NCBI RefSeq assembly: GCF_018350175.1
Contig: NC_058368.1
Coordinates: 162,504,001 to 162,568,000 of the forward strand
Direction: 5' to 3'
Source: Felis catus
Lineage: Eukaryota
DNA length: 64,000 bases
Below are positions 1 through 13,243 of this stretch, piece after piece (within the stretch, counting starts at the first letter, position 1; every line of letters begins with the position of its first letter). Under the pieces are notes generated by a model. That model ran no database searches. It saw nothing but the letters and a program-made list of their open reading frames with translations, and was not told the origin of the DNA. The translations under genes and the position numbers were made by a program.

Positions 1-625
1 ATTTGTTAAAGCTGCATGTGGTGATGATCAAAAAAAAAAAAAAAGTTCCCAAGGAGTACACATGGGGCTTTTGTTAAAGGCAAAAAAGAGATGCACTCTA
101 CACACACAATCCACCTGGGGCTGGCTCTTAACTTTTCTGAATTTTACTATAAGGTGATTGCCATTGCCGAACTTGATATTCTGAACAAAAACTCCTACAG
201 GGACAGCACTCTTATCAGTTGCTTAAAGACAACATGTAGAGGGCTAGAGGACACAGGGAGGGAGAGGTGTTGAGCCCCAGAGCACAGAGCTCAGCTTGGC
301 GGGGAACAAAGGCACTGGCCAGCACCATCTCCCTCACCCATCCCCCAGCCAAAATCCCAAAGGGAACCAGTTCCTGTCAGGGAACCTGCTTGCACCACGC
401 AAACACCCAAAGCTGTGCTTCTGTGGATCCATCCCTCTGATGGGTCTGCCTCCCTCCCGGTGCCTCAGGGCCCCTCATGAAGTGAACCACCGAAGGCAAA
501 GTGAGCTGAGTCTGCCCCTCCCACCCCTGTGCACCTTGTGGATCCACACTGATTAATACGCCAGATCCCATAGAAGCAGCACCACAAGCCTGGCAGTGTG
601 CAAGTAGCCTAGACAGGGGCCACAA

Positions 626-629
626 GTGA

Positions 630-713
<84 letters not shown>

Positions 714-759
714 ATGTGTGTGTATGTATATGTATACATATACATACACACACACTCAC
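626..759. repeat. Compound (TG)n(TA)n(TG)n/(CA)n microsatellite inside the L1 5'UTR
   Basis: Directly visible dinucleotide runs; contains a perfect 40-bp palindrome at 715-754. Confidence 0.95.
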
Positions 760-906
760 CACTCCACAGTGAGTCCTGCCCCTGGGAGAAGGGAAGATAA
801 GGTAGGTACACACCAGTCTAACTGTGGCCCCAGCCACCAACACAAGTTACTCTAGAGACCACGGGAAGAGCCCTGCAGTTCCACACCACTCCAAGAACTA
901 TCCAAA

Positions 907-2028
907 ATGATGAAACAGAAGAATTCTCTTCAAAATAAACTCCAGGAAGTACCAACAGCTAACGAACTGATCAAAAACGATTTAAGTAATGTAAGAGAAA
1001 ATGAATTTAAAATAATAGTCATAAAATTAATCACTGGGCTTGGAAAAAGTACAGAGAACAGCAGAGAATCTATTGCTACAGATATCAAGGGAAAAAGAAA
1101 CAGGAGGAGCTAAAAAATGTGATAAATGAGCTGCAAAATAAAATGGAGGTGATCACAGCTCAGATTGAAGAGACAGAGGAAAGAATAGGTGAATTAGAAG
1201 ATAAAATTATGATAAAACAGGAAGCTGAGAAAAAGATTTTAAAAAATCCAGGAGTATGAGGGGAAAATCAGAGAACTAAGTGATGCGATGAAACACAATA
1301 ATATCTGTATAATAGGGATTCCAGAGGAGGAAGAGAGAGAGAAAGGAGCTGAAGGTATACTTGAACAAATCATAGCTGAGAACTTCCCTGATCTAGCGAA
1401 AGAAAAAGGCACTGAAATCCAAGAGGCACAGAGAACTCCTTCAGACGTAACTTGAATCGATCTTCTACACAACATATCATAGTCAAACTGGCAAAATACA
1501 AGGTTAAAGAGAAAATTCTGAAAGCAGCTAGGGATAAACATGCTCTCACATATAAAGGGAGACTGATAAGACTACTGATGGATTTATCTACTGAAACTTG
1601 GCAGGTCAGAAAGGAAAGGCAGGAAACCTTCCATGTGATGAACAGAAAAAAACATGCAGCCGAGAATCCTTTATCCGGCAAGTGTGTCATTTAGAATACA
1701 AGGAGAGGGGCGCCTGGGTGGCGCAGTCGGTTAAGCATCCGACTTCAGCCAGGTCACGATCTCGCGGTCCGTGAGTTCGAGCCCCGCGTCAGGCTCTGGG
1801 CTGATGGCTCAGAGCCTGGAGCCTGTTTCCGATTCTGTGTCTCCCTCTCTCTCTGCCCCTCCCCCGTTCATGCTCTGTCTCTCTCTGTCCCAAAAATAAA
1901 TAAACGTTGAAAAAGAAAATTCTTTTGGAATACAAGGAGATATAAAGGTCTTCCCAAACAAACAAAAACTGAAGGAATTCGTCACCACTAAACCAGCCCT
2001 ACAAGAGATCCTAAAGGGGATCCTGTGA
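907..2028 (+). pseudogene. L1 ORF1p remnant (frameshifted, SINE-interrupted)
   Basis: ATG at 907 (MMKQKNS...EFKIIVIKLITGL); HIIVKLAKYKVKEKILKAARDK segment; TGA at 2026-2028. Confidence 0.9.
1707..1927 (+). mobile_element. Young CanSINE (SINEC_Fc-type) inserted in L1 ORF1
   Basis: GGGGCGCCTGGGTGGCGCAGTCGGTTAAG head, GTTCGAGCCC B-box, CT tract, A-rich tail. TSD GAATACAAGGAGA at 1694-1706 and 1928-1940. Confidence 0.97.
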
Positions 2029-2078
2029 GACAAAGTGCCAGAGACATCACTACAAGCATGAAACCTACAGTCATCACA

Positions 2079-5000
2079 ATGACTCTAAACCCATATCTTT
2101 CTATAATAACACTGAATGTAAATGGATTAAATGTGCCACCCAAAAGACATAGGGTATCAGAATGGATAAAAAAACAAGACCCATCTATTTGCTGTCTACA
2201 AGAGACTCATTTTAGACCTGAGGACACCTTCAGATTAAAAGTGAGGGGTTGGAGAACTATCTATCATGCTACTGGAAGTCAAAAGAAAGCTGGAGTAGCC
2301 ATACTTATATCAGACAAACTAGACTTTAAAGGCTGTAACAAGAGATGAAGAAGGGAATTATATAATAAACATAGGGTCTATCCATCAGGAAGACCCAACA
2401 ATTATAAATGTCTATGCGCCAAATATGGGAGCCCCCAAATATATAGAACAATTACTCACAAACATAAGCAACCTTATTGATAAGAATGTGGAAATTGCAG
2501 GGGACTTTAATACTAAACTTACAACAATGGACAGATCATCTAGACACAGGATCAATAAAGAAACAAGGGCCCTGAATGACACATTGGATCAGATGGACTT
2601 GACAGATATTTCTAGAACTCTGCATCCCAAAGCAACAGAATATACTTTCTTCTCGAGGGCGTATGGAACATTCTCTAAGATAGATCACATACTGGGTCAC
2701 AAAACAGTCCTCAATAAATGTAAAAGAGATCATACCATGCACACTTGCAGACCACAGTGCTATGAAGCTTGAAATCAACCACAGGAAAAAGTCTGGAAAA
2801 CCTCCAAAAGCATGGAGGTTAAAGAACACCCTATTAAAAAGCATGGAGGTTAAAGAACACCCTATTAAAGAATGAATGGGTCAACCAGGCAATTAGAGAA
2901 GAAATTTAAAAATATATGGAAACAAATGAAAATGAACATACAACAATCCAAATGCTTTGGGATGCAGCGAAGGCAGTCCTGAGAGGAAAATACATTGCAA
3001 TGCAGTCCTGTCTCAAGACACAAGAAAAATCCCTAATCCAAAATCTAACAGCACACTTAAAGGAAATAGAAGCAGAACAGCAAAGACACTCCAAACCCAG
3101 CAGAAGAAGAGAAATAATAAAGATCAGAGCACAAATAAACAATATAGAATGTAAAAAAACTGTAGAGCAGATCAATGAAACCAAGAGTTGGTTTTTTGAA
3201 AAAATAAGCAAAATTGATAAACCTCTAGCCAGGCTTCTCAAAAAGAAAAGGAAGATGACCCAAATAGATAAAATCATGAATGAAAATGGAATTATTAACC
3301 AATCCCTCAGAGATACAAGCAATTATCAGGGAATACTATGAAAAATTATATGCCAACAAACTGGACAACCTGGAAGAAATGGACAAATTCCTAAGCACCC
3401 ACACACTTCCAAAACTCAAAAAGGAAGAAATAGAAAACTTGAATAGACCCATAACCAGTGAGGAAATTGAATCAGTTATCAAAAATCTCCCAACAAATAA
3501 GAGTCCAGGACCAGATAGCTTCCCTGGAGAATTCTACCAGACATTTAAAGCAGAGATAATACCTTTCCTTCTCAAGCTATTCCAAAAAAAATAGAAAGGG
3601 AAGGAAAACTTCCAGACTCATTCTATGAAGCCAGCATTACTTTGATTCCCAAACCAGACAGAGACCCAGTAAAAATAAGTACAGGCCAATATCCCTGATG
3701 AATATGGATGCAAACATTCTCAATAAGATACTAGCAAATCGAATTCAACAGCATATAAAAAGAATTATTCACCATGATCAAGTGGGATTCATTCCTGGGC
3801 TGCAGGGCTGGTTCAACATTCTCAAATCAATCAGTATGATACATCACATTAATAAAAGAAAAGGTAAGAACCATATGATTCTGTCAATTGATGCAGAAAA
3901 GCATGTGACAAAATTCAGCATCCTTCTTAATAAAAACCCTCGAGAAATTCCAGATAGAAGGAACATACTTAAAGATTATAAAAGCCATTTATGAAAAGCC
4001 CACAGCTAATATCATCCTTAATGGGGAAAAACTGAGAGCTTTCCCCTGAGATCAGGAACATGACAGGGATGTCCACTCTCACTGCAGTTGTTTAACATAG
4101 TGTTGGAAATGCTAGCATCAGCAATCAGACAACAAAAGGAAATCAAAGGCATCAAAATTGGCAAAGATGAAGTCAAGCTTTCACTTTTTGCAGATGACAT
4201 GATATTATGCATGGAAAACCCAACAGACTTCACCAAAAGTCTGCTAGAACCGATACATGAATTCAGCAAAGTCGCAGGGTACAAAATCAATGTACAGAAA
4301 TCAGTTGCATTCTTATACATTTAATAATGAAGTAGCAGAAAGACAAATAAAGAAACTGATCCCATTCACAATTGCACCAAGAATCATAAAATACCTAGGA
4401 ATAAACCTGACCAAAGATGTAAAAGATCTGTATGCTGAAAACTATAGAAAATTTATGAAGGAAATTGAAGAAGATATAAAGAAATGAGAAAACATTACAT
4501 ACTCGTGGATTGGAAGAATAAATATTGTTAAAATGTCAATACTACCCAAAGCTATCTACACATTCAGTGCAATCCCAATCAAAATTGCACCAGCATTCTT
4601 CTCAAAGCTAGAACAAGCAGGCCTAAAATTTGTATGGAACCACAAAAGACTCCGAATAGCCAAAGTAATTTTGAAGAAGAAGACCAAAGCAGGAGGCATC
4701 ACAATCCCAGACGTTAGCCTCTACTACAAAGCTGTAATCATCAAGACAGCATGGTATTGGCACAAAAACAGACACATAGACCAATGGAATAGAATAGAAA
4801 CCCTAGAACTAGATCCACAAACATATGGCCAACTAATCTTTGACAAAGCAGGAAAGAACATCCAGTGGAAAAAAGATAGTCTCTTTAACAAATGGTGCTG
4901 GGAGAACTGTACAGCAACATGCAGAAGGCTGAAACTAGACCACTTTCTCACACCATTCACAAAAACAAACTCAAAATGGATAAAGGACTTGAATGTGAGA

Positions 5001-5907
5001 CAGGAAACCATCAAAACCCTAGAGGAGAATGCAGGAAAAGACCTCTCTGACCTCAGCTGCAGCAATTTCTTACTTGACACATCCCCAAGGGCAAGAGAAT
5101 TACAAGCAAAAACGAACTATTGGGACCTCATGTACATAAAAACTTCTGCATAGCAAAGGAAACAACCAACAAAACTAAAAGGCAACCAATGGAATGGGAA
5201 AAGATATTTGCAAATGACATATCGGACAGAGGGCTAGTATCCAAAATGTATAAAGAGCTCACCAAACTCCACACCCGAAAAACAAATAATCCAGTGAAGA
5301 AATGGGCAGAAAAGATGAATAGATACTTCTCTAAAGAAGACATCCACATGGCCAACAGGCACATGAAAAGATGCTCAACGTCGCTCCTCATCAGGGAAAT
5401 ACAAATCAAAACCACACTCAGATATCACCTCATGCCAGAGTGGCTAAAATGAACAAATCAGGAGACTATAGATGCTGGAGAGGATGTGGAGAAACGGGAA
5501 CCGTCTTGCACTGTCGGTGGGAATGCAAATTGGTGCAGCCACTCTGGAAAACAGTGTGGAGGTTCGCCCCAAAATTAAAAATAGACCTACCCTATGACCC
5601 AGCAATAGCACTGCTTGGAATTTACCTAAGGGATACAGGAGTGCTGATGCATAGGGGCACTTGTACCCCAATGTTTATAGCAGCACTCTCAACAATAGCC
5701 AAATTATGGAAAGAGCCTAAATGTCCATCAACGGATGAATGGATAAAGAAATTGTGGTTTATATACACAATGGAGTACTACGTGGCAATGAGAAAGAATG
5801 AAATATGGCCCTTTGTAACAACGTGGATGGAACTGGAAAGTGTTAAGTGAAATAAGCCATACAGAGAAAGACAGATACCATATGTTTTCATCTTATGTGG
5901 ATCCTGA
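2079..5907 (+). pseudogene. L1 ORF2p remnant (endonuclease, RT, C-domain), multiple frameshifts and stops
   Basis: TLNVNGLN/CCLQETH/GDFN/SKIDHILG endonuclease motifs; [11 protein letters not shown] motif near 4190; [18 protein letters not shown] zinc knuckle; split over more than 10 ORF-track pieces. Confidence 0.95.
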
Positions 5908-6240
5908 GAAACTTAACAGAAGTCTATTGGGGAGGGGAAGGAAAAAAAAAGAGGTTAGAGTGGGAGAGAGCCAAAGAATAAGACTCTTAAAAACTGAGAC
6001 CAAACTGAGGGTTGATGGGGGGTGGGAGGGTGGGTGATGGGTATTGAGGAGGGCACCTTTTGGGATGAGCACTGGGTGTTGTATGGAAACCAATTTGACA
6101 ATAAATTTCATATTAAAAAAAAACATGTAGATACCACATGAATGTAATGTGGCAAAGGGAAAGAAAACTAAGTGCATACAGGCTATCCTTCTTCCCCTCA
6201 AGAAACTTTTTACATATCTCCATTACTTATATCATTTGGA

Positions 6241-7483
6241 ATTGCAAATCTTGTATATAAGGGGTTAATATCCAAAATATTTAAAGAACTTCTGCAAGTC
6301 AACACCAAAACCCCAAATAATCTGACTAAAAATGGTCAGAAGAGGGGCACCTGGTGGCTCAGGTGGTTGAGCACCCGACTTTGGCTCAGGTCATGATATC
6401 ACAGTTCATGGGTTCAAGCCCCACATTGGGCTTTTTGCTGACAGCTCGGACCCTGCTTCAGGTCTGTATCTGCCTATCCTTGCTCATGCTCTAGCTCTCT
6501 CTCTCAAAAATAAATAAGCATTAAAAAAATTTTTAATGGGTAGAAGACATGAGTAGACCTTTTTTTTTCCCAAAGAAAACATATAGATGGCCAACAGACA
6601 GATGAAAAGATGCCCAAGCTCACTCACCATAAGGAAAATCCAAATCAAATATAATGAGGTATCACTTCTCATCTGTTAGGATATCTATTGTCAAACAGAT
6701 AAGAAATAATAAGTTTTTCTCAGGATAAGAAGAAAAGGAAATCCTTGTTTATTGTTAGTCATAATGGAAATGAGTACAGCTATTATGGAAAATAGGTTGG
6801 AGTTTCCTCAAAAAAGTAAAAATAGAACTAGGATAATAATCCAGCAATTCTACTGGGTATTCCCCCCCCCAAAAAAAATAAAGGAAAACACTAACTCAGA
6901 TTTAATCACCTCTATGTTCATTGTAGCTTATTGTTAATAGGCAAGATAGGAAAATAACCTAACCATCCATCAGTGGATGAATGAATCAAGAAAATTAAAC
7001 ACACACACACACGGTGGAATATATCACTCACCACAAAAAATGGGGGGATTTGTGACAACATGGATGGAACTTGAGGTCATTAACTACATAAAAAAAAAGT
7101 GAGACAGAAAAAGACAACATGATTTATATGTGGAATCTGAAAAAAAAAAACACCTTATAGCTACAGAGAATAGATTGGTGGTGGAGGGTGGCAATTGGGC
7201 AAAATTGGTGAAGGGAGAGTCAAAGGTACAAACTTCCATTTAGAAGTTGTAGAGATGTAATGTATAGCATTATGACTATAGCTAATAATGGTACATTACA
7301 TCTCTGAAAGCTGCCTGAGTAATGCTTAAATATCTCACCACCAAAAAAAAGTAACTATATATGGTGACAGATGTTAGCTACACTTATAGTGATGATCATT
7401 TCACAATATACACAAATATCAAATCATATTACCCACTTGAAACTGATAAAATGTTGTATGTCAACCATACCTTAATAAAAAAA
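6241..7483 (+). mobile_element. Older 5'-truncated L1 (ORF2 3' end plus L1MA-type 3'UTR)
   Basis: Degenerate similarity to the ORF2 3' end of the neighbouring L1 (GGGGTTAATATCCAAAATAT; TAGATGGCCAACAGACAGATGAAAAGATG); ends AATAAAAAAAA near 7475-7483. Confidence 0.8.
6344..6534 (+). mobile_element. CanSINE nested in older L1
   Basis: GGGGCACCTGG head; degenerate TSD AATGGTCAGAAGA / AATGGGTAGAAGA at 6331-6343 and 6535-6547. Confidence 0.9.
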
Positions 7484-7519
7484 ATGTGAGCAATACTAAT
7501 AGCATGAGAAATGAAGAAA

Positions 7520-7749
7520 AAAAATTAAAAGTTGGACTTTATTAAATTGAAATCTGCTGTGCAAATGACACTATTCAGAGAATTAAAGACCAGACTCAGG
7601 GGTTAATATCTAGCCAAAGTTTCACTAGGAGAAAATTTTTGGAAATCAACTGTTAATTAACTTTTACTCAAAATATAAAAAAAAAAAAAAAAAAACAAAC
7701 TCTTGGAACTCAATTCTAAGAAAACAAGATATTTAAAAATTGGTCAAGA
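7520..7749 (+). mobile_element. Old L1 (L1MC/L1MD-type) ORF2 fragment, 5' part of the element split by the 7750-14391 L1
   Basis: TTGGACTTTATTAAATT...AAATGACACTATT ORF2-like text that resumes at 14410 (GACGTAAACAGATACCTCTTCAAAGAAG). Confidence 0.7.
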
Positions 7750-8859
7750 AAATAAGGGAAGGGGCCAACATGGCAGAGAGGTAGAGGGATCTGTACTTTG
7801 CTCCTCTCTCAAATGAAGGGTTGAAGTCAAAGGACTCTGAACCCCCAAAAGTCTGGGAGGAAAAGAGACTGAGTCTACCAAAGAGACACCGGCACAAGCT
7901 AACAGGCCATAGGTGGGTGATTGTGAACTGGAGGAAATAAAACAGGCTGGGTAGGCATGGAGGGAAGGGATCTCCTTCTGCTGAGAGACAAAGGGAAGAG
8001 AGAGTGGCTGGGGAAGCATAGGACTGCATCTGGACAAGAGGAAAAGCTCGGACCAGGAGAGAGAGGGATCCCATCTCTAACTGTGGGACTTTCTCTGGAC
8101 TGGGGCTGGCTGCTTGTTAGCGCACCTGTGGAGGAGGGGAGCCACCCCTGGATTTGGTGGTACGTGAGGGGTGCAGTCTGCAGTAGGAGAAAGCAGTCCC
8201 CTCCCCGATGTGCTGCAGTACAGAACAAAAGCAGCTGGGACCACATATCAGGTGGCAGAGAGAGGCACTTCCCCAGTGCCGGGGCGCACGGAGCTGGAGT
8301 TTAAATCCCAGCCAAGCACCGGGCTTGGGAGTCAGGGGAGCGAGACAGACCACCTCATCTGCCCTCGCAGCACAGTGAGGATGGCTCAAACAGAGTGATT
8401 TGGGACACCGGGTCCATGAAGAAGAGACTGGGGGGTCGCTACTTTTCTCCCCACAACCACTAAGGTGGGGCCTCAGGGATGGGTCAGCAGGGCCCACAGT
8501 GGAGGTGGGACCAGTCTATACCAAACCAAGACCCTCTGAAATGGGTAACTGCATAACTACTGGAGTGGGATAAATGGTGTTGAACCAGACAGCCCCCTCC
8601 TCCAGACAAGTGCTGCTGCATTGCCTGGATTAATTCTAGGACAATTCTTGTTATTTAGATCTATTCTTCCTTTCTTTTTTCTTATCTCTTCTTCTAGGCT
8701 GGTCACTATGGTTGGTGGTTTGTTTAAGCAGAAATATTTATCCATTCTCTTGATACATGTTCTACACTTCCTTCTTTCCTTTCTCTCTGGAATAATCAAG
8801 CTGTATAGTTTCTCTGTCTGGGGAACTTTATCTTCATTTCTTTGTCCCCGCCTCCTTTA

Positions 8860-8865
<6 letters not shown>

Positions 8866-8910
<45 letters not shown>
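8866..8910. repeat. (CT)n microsatellite in L1 5'UTR
   Basis: Visible run. Confidence 0.95.
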
Positions 8911-8914
<4 letters not shown>

Positions 8915-9367
8915 TAAGCCATTAGTCTCTCTGCCTGGTCAATGTTTATTTTTTCTTTTTCCCCCCCTACCCCTATCATTTCTCTCTCTGTATGTACTCT
9001 TCCATCAGCACCACCTCCACCCTGTTCTTGTAGCTGGTGTTTCTGGTTTTTTGCTTTTGGATTCTTTGTTTGATTTGCTTTTGTGTTTGAATGTTTTTTT
9101 TTCCTGTGTGTCTGTTTGTTTTCATTTCCAGGGCTACTTCAAGGAAGAAATCAAAGCACACCTGATGGAGGGTCTAAAACATCACTACGAGTAGGGAAAT
9201 AAAATAACTAAAGTCACAACAGAGAGCAAGTAACACTCTTCAAAAAACACCTCCTGAAGGGCCAGGCCTGGACACTGTATGACCCCCGCCTTTAATAAAG
9301 CAGTGCTCTCAGGTGTAGAGCACATAACAAGCTTTTAAAATTCACAAGGGACAGAAAACTAGCCAAA

Positions 9368-10254
9368 ATGATGAAATGAAGACTTCTCCTCAAAAGAAAT
9401 TCCAGGAAGAAGTGACAGCTAAAGAATTGATCAAAACATATATAAGCAATATAACTGAACAGGAATTTAGGATAATAGTCATAAAATTAATTGCCGGGCT
9501 TGAAAAAAGCATAGAAGACAGCATAGAATCTACTGCTGCAGAGATCAAGGAACTAAAAAATAGTCATGATGAATTTAAAAATGATATAAATAAGGAACAA
9601 AATAAAATGGAGGCAACCACAGAGTGGATTGAAGAGGCAGAGGGGAGAAAAGGTACATTAAAAGGTAAAATGATGGAAAAAGAGAAAGCTGAGAAAAAGA
9701 GAGAGGAAAAAATCCAGGAATATGAAGGGAGAATTAAAGAACTAAGTGATGTAACCAAATGGAAAAATTTCTGTATCATAGGAATTCCAGAAGAAGAAGA
9801 AGAGAGAGAAAGGGGCTGAAGGTATACTTTAACAAATCATAGCTGAGAACTTCCCTGATCTGGGAAAGGAAACAGACATTGAAATCCAAGAGGCACAGAG
9901 AACTCCCTTCGGACATAACTTGAATTGATCTTCTGCATGACATGTCATAGTGAAACTGGCAAAATACAAGGATAAAGAGAGAATTCTGAAAGCAGCTAGG
10001 GATAAACAGGCCTTAACATACAAAGACACATACAGGTAGTAGCAGACCTATCTACTGGAACTTGGCAGGCTAGGAAGGAATGGCAAGAAATCTTCAATCA
10101 TATGAAATGGAAAAATATGCAGCCAAGAATCCTTTATCCAGCAAGTCTGTCATTCAGAATAGGAGAGATGAAGGTTTTCCCAAACAAACAAAAACTGAAG
10201 GAATTCATCACCATTAAACCAGCCCTACAAGAGATCCTAAGGGAGACTCTGTGA
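9368..10254 (+). pseudogene. L1 ORF1p remnant
   Basis: QEFRIIVIKLIAGLEKSIEDS coiled-coil region; closely parallels 907-2028; premature stops. Confidence 0.9.
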
Positions 10255-10322
10255 GGGAAATGTTGTAAGGACTACAAAGTACCAGAGACATCAATACAAG
10301 CATGAAACCTACATATATCACA

Positions 10323-13198
10323 ATGGCTCTAAACCCATATCTTTCAATAATAACACTGAATGTAAATGGACTAAATGCTCCAATCAAAAGACATAGGGTA
10401 TGAGAATGGATAAAAAATAAGATCCATCTATTTGCTGTCTACAAGAGACCCATTTTAGACCTGAGGACACCTTCAGATTGAAAGTGAGGGGATGGAGAAC
10501 TATCTATCATGTTACTGGAAGTCAAAAGAAACCTGAAGTAGCCATACTTATATCAGACAAACTAGATTTTAAAGTAAAGGCTGTAACAAGAGATGAAAAA
10601 GGGCATTATAAAATAATTACAGGGTCTATCCATCAGGAAGAGCTGACAATTATAAAGGTCTATGCACTGAATTCAGAAGAACCCAAATATATAAGACAAT
10701 CACAAACATGAACAATCTTATTGGTAAGAATGTGGTAATTGCAGGGGACTTTAATACTCCACTTATAGCAATGGACAGATGACAGATCATATAGACAGAA
10801 AATCAGTAAAGAAACAAGGGCCCTGAATGACACAGTGGACCAGATGGACTTGACAGATATATTTAGAACTCTACATCCTAAAGCAGCAGAATATATTTTT
10901 TCTTCTTGAGTGCACATGGAACATTCTCCAAGACATCACATACTGGGTCACAAAACAGTCCTAAATAAATATAAAAGAATTGAGATATTATCATGCACAC
11001 TTTGAGATCACAGTGCTATGAAACTTGAAATCAACCACAGGAAAAAGTCTGGAAAACCTCCCAAAGCATGGAGGTTAAAGAACATTCCTACTAAAGAATT
11101 AATTGGTCACTCAGGAAATTAGAGAAGAAATTAAAAAATATATGGAAACAAAATGAAAACACAACAATCCAAACCTTTTGGGATGCAGCAAAGGCAGTCC
11201 TGATGGGAAAATACATTGCAATCCACGCCTATCTCAAGAAACAAGAAAAATGCCAAATATAAAATCTAACAACACACCTAAAGGAAATAGAAGCAGAACA
11301 GCAAAGACATCCCAAACCCAGCAGAAGAAGACAAATAATAAAGATCAGAGCACAAATAAAAAATATAGAATCAGAAAAACAAAAGCAAAAACAAAACAAA
11401 AACAGATCAATGAAACTAAGAGTTTTTTTTTTTTTTTTTGAAAAAGTAAAATTGATAAACCTCTAGCTAGGCTTCTCAAAAAGAAAAGAGAGAGGACCAA
11501 AATAGATAAAATCATGAATGAAAATGGAATTATTGCAACCAATCCCTCAGAAATACAAGCAATTATCAGGGAATACTATGAAAAATTATATGCCAACAAA
11601 CTGGACAACCTGGAAGAAATGGACAAATTCCTAAACACCCACACACTTCCAAAACTCAAAGAGGAAGAAATGGAAAATTTGAACAGACCCATAACTAGTG
11701 AAGGAATTGAATCAGTTATCAAAAATGTCCCAACAAATAAGAGTCTCAGACTAGATGGTTTCCCTGGGGAATTCTACCACACATTTAAAGCTGAGTTAAT
11801 ACCTATCCTTCTCAAGCTGTTCCAAAAAATAGAAAGGGAAGGAAAACTTCCAGGCTCATTCTATGAAGCCAGCATTACTTTATTCCCAAACCAGACAGAG
11901 ACCCAGCAAAAAAAGAGAACTACAGGCCAATATCCCTGATGAATATGTATGCAAATATTCTCAACAAGATACTAGCAAATCGAATTCAACAGCATATAAA
12001 AAGACTTATTCACCACGATCAAGTGGGATTCATTCCTGGGCTGCAGGGCTGGTTCAGTATTCACAAATCAATCACTGTGATACATCACATTAATAAAAGG
12101 AAAGATAACGATATGATCCTGTCAATCGATGCAGAAAAAGCATTTGACAAAATACAGCATCCCTTTTTAATAAAAACCCTCGAGAAAGTCAGGATAGAAG
12201 GAACATACTTAATTGTCATAAAAGCCATTTATGAAAAGCCCACAGCTAATATCATCCTCAATGAGAAAAAACTGAGAGCTTTTCCTCTGAGATCAGAAAC
12301 ACGACAGGGATGTCCACTCTCACCACTGTTGTTTAACAGAGTGTTGGAAGTTCTAGCATCAGCAATCAGACAACAAAAGGAAATCAAAGGCATCAAAATT
12401 GGCAAAGATGAAGTCAAACTTTCACTTTTTGCAGATGACATGATATTATACATGGAAAATCCAATAGGCTCCACCAAAAGTCTGCTAGAACTGATACATG
12501 AATTCAGCAAAGTCGCAGGTTAAAAAACCAGTGTTACAAAAATCAGTTACATTTTTATACACCTATAATGAAGCAACAGAAAGAGAAATAAAGAAATTTG
12601 TCCTAGTTACAATTTCACCAAGAAGCATAAAATACCTAGGAATAAACCTGACCAAAGATGTTAAAGATCTGTATGCTGAAAACTATAGAAAGCTTATGAA
12701 GGAAATTGAAGAAGACACACAGAAATAGAAAAACATTCCATGCTTATGGATTGGAAGAATAAATATTGTTTAAAATGTCAGTACTACCCAAAGCAATCTA
12801 CACATTCAATGCAATCCCAATCAAAATTACACCAGCATTATTCTCAAAGCTAGAACAATCCTAAAATATGTATGGAACCACAAAAGACCCCTGAATAGCC
12901 AAAGTAATATTGAAGAAGAAAACCAAAGTGGGAGGCATCACAATCCCAGATTTTAGCTTCTACTAACAGAGGTGTAATCATCAAGACAGTATAGTATTGG
13001 CACAAAAGCAGACACATGACCAATGGAATAGAATAGAGACTCCAGAATTGGACCCACAAATGGATGGCCAACTAATCTTTGACAAAGCAGGAAAGAATAT
13101 CCAATGGAAAAAAGACAGTCTGTTTAACAAATCGTGCTGGGAGAACTGGACAGCAACATGCAGAACAATGAATCTAGAACACTTTCTTACACCATGCA

Positions 13199-13243
<45 letters not shown>

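Larger units (their letters stand above)
241..6121 (+). mobile_element. Near-full-length felid LINE-1 (L1_Fc-like), inactivated
   Basis: TSD AACATGTAGA at 231-240 and 6122-6131. 5'UTR 241-906, ORF1 and ORF2 remnants, G-rich 3'UTR, AATAAA and A-tail about 6100-6121. Confidence 0.95.

Noticed and set aside
377..855. ORFs of 73-144 aa with YIYI/HTHT/CVCV repeats
   Set aside because: Translations of the dinucleotide microsatellite.
1707..1790. tRNA gene (A and B boxes present)
   Set aside because: tRNA-derived head of a CanSINE, followed by CT tract, A-tail and TSD. The same applies to the other SINE heads.
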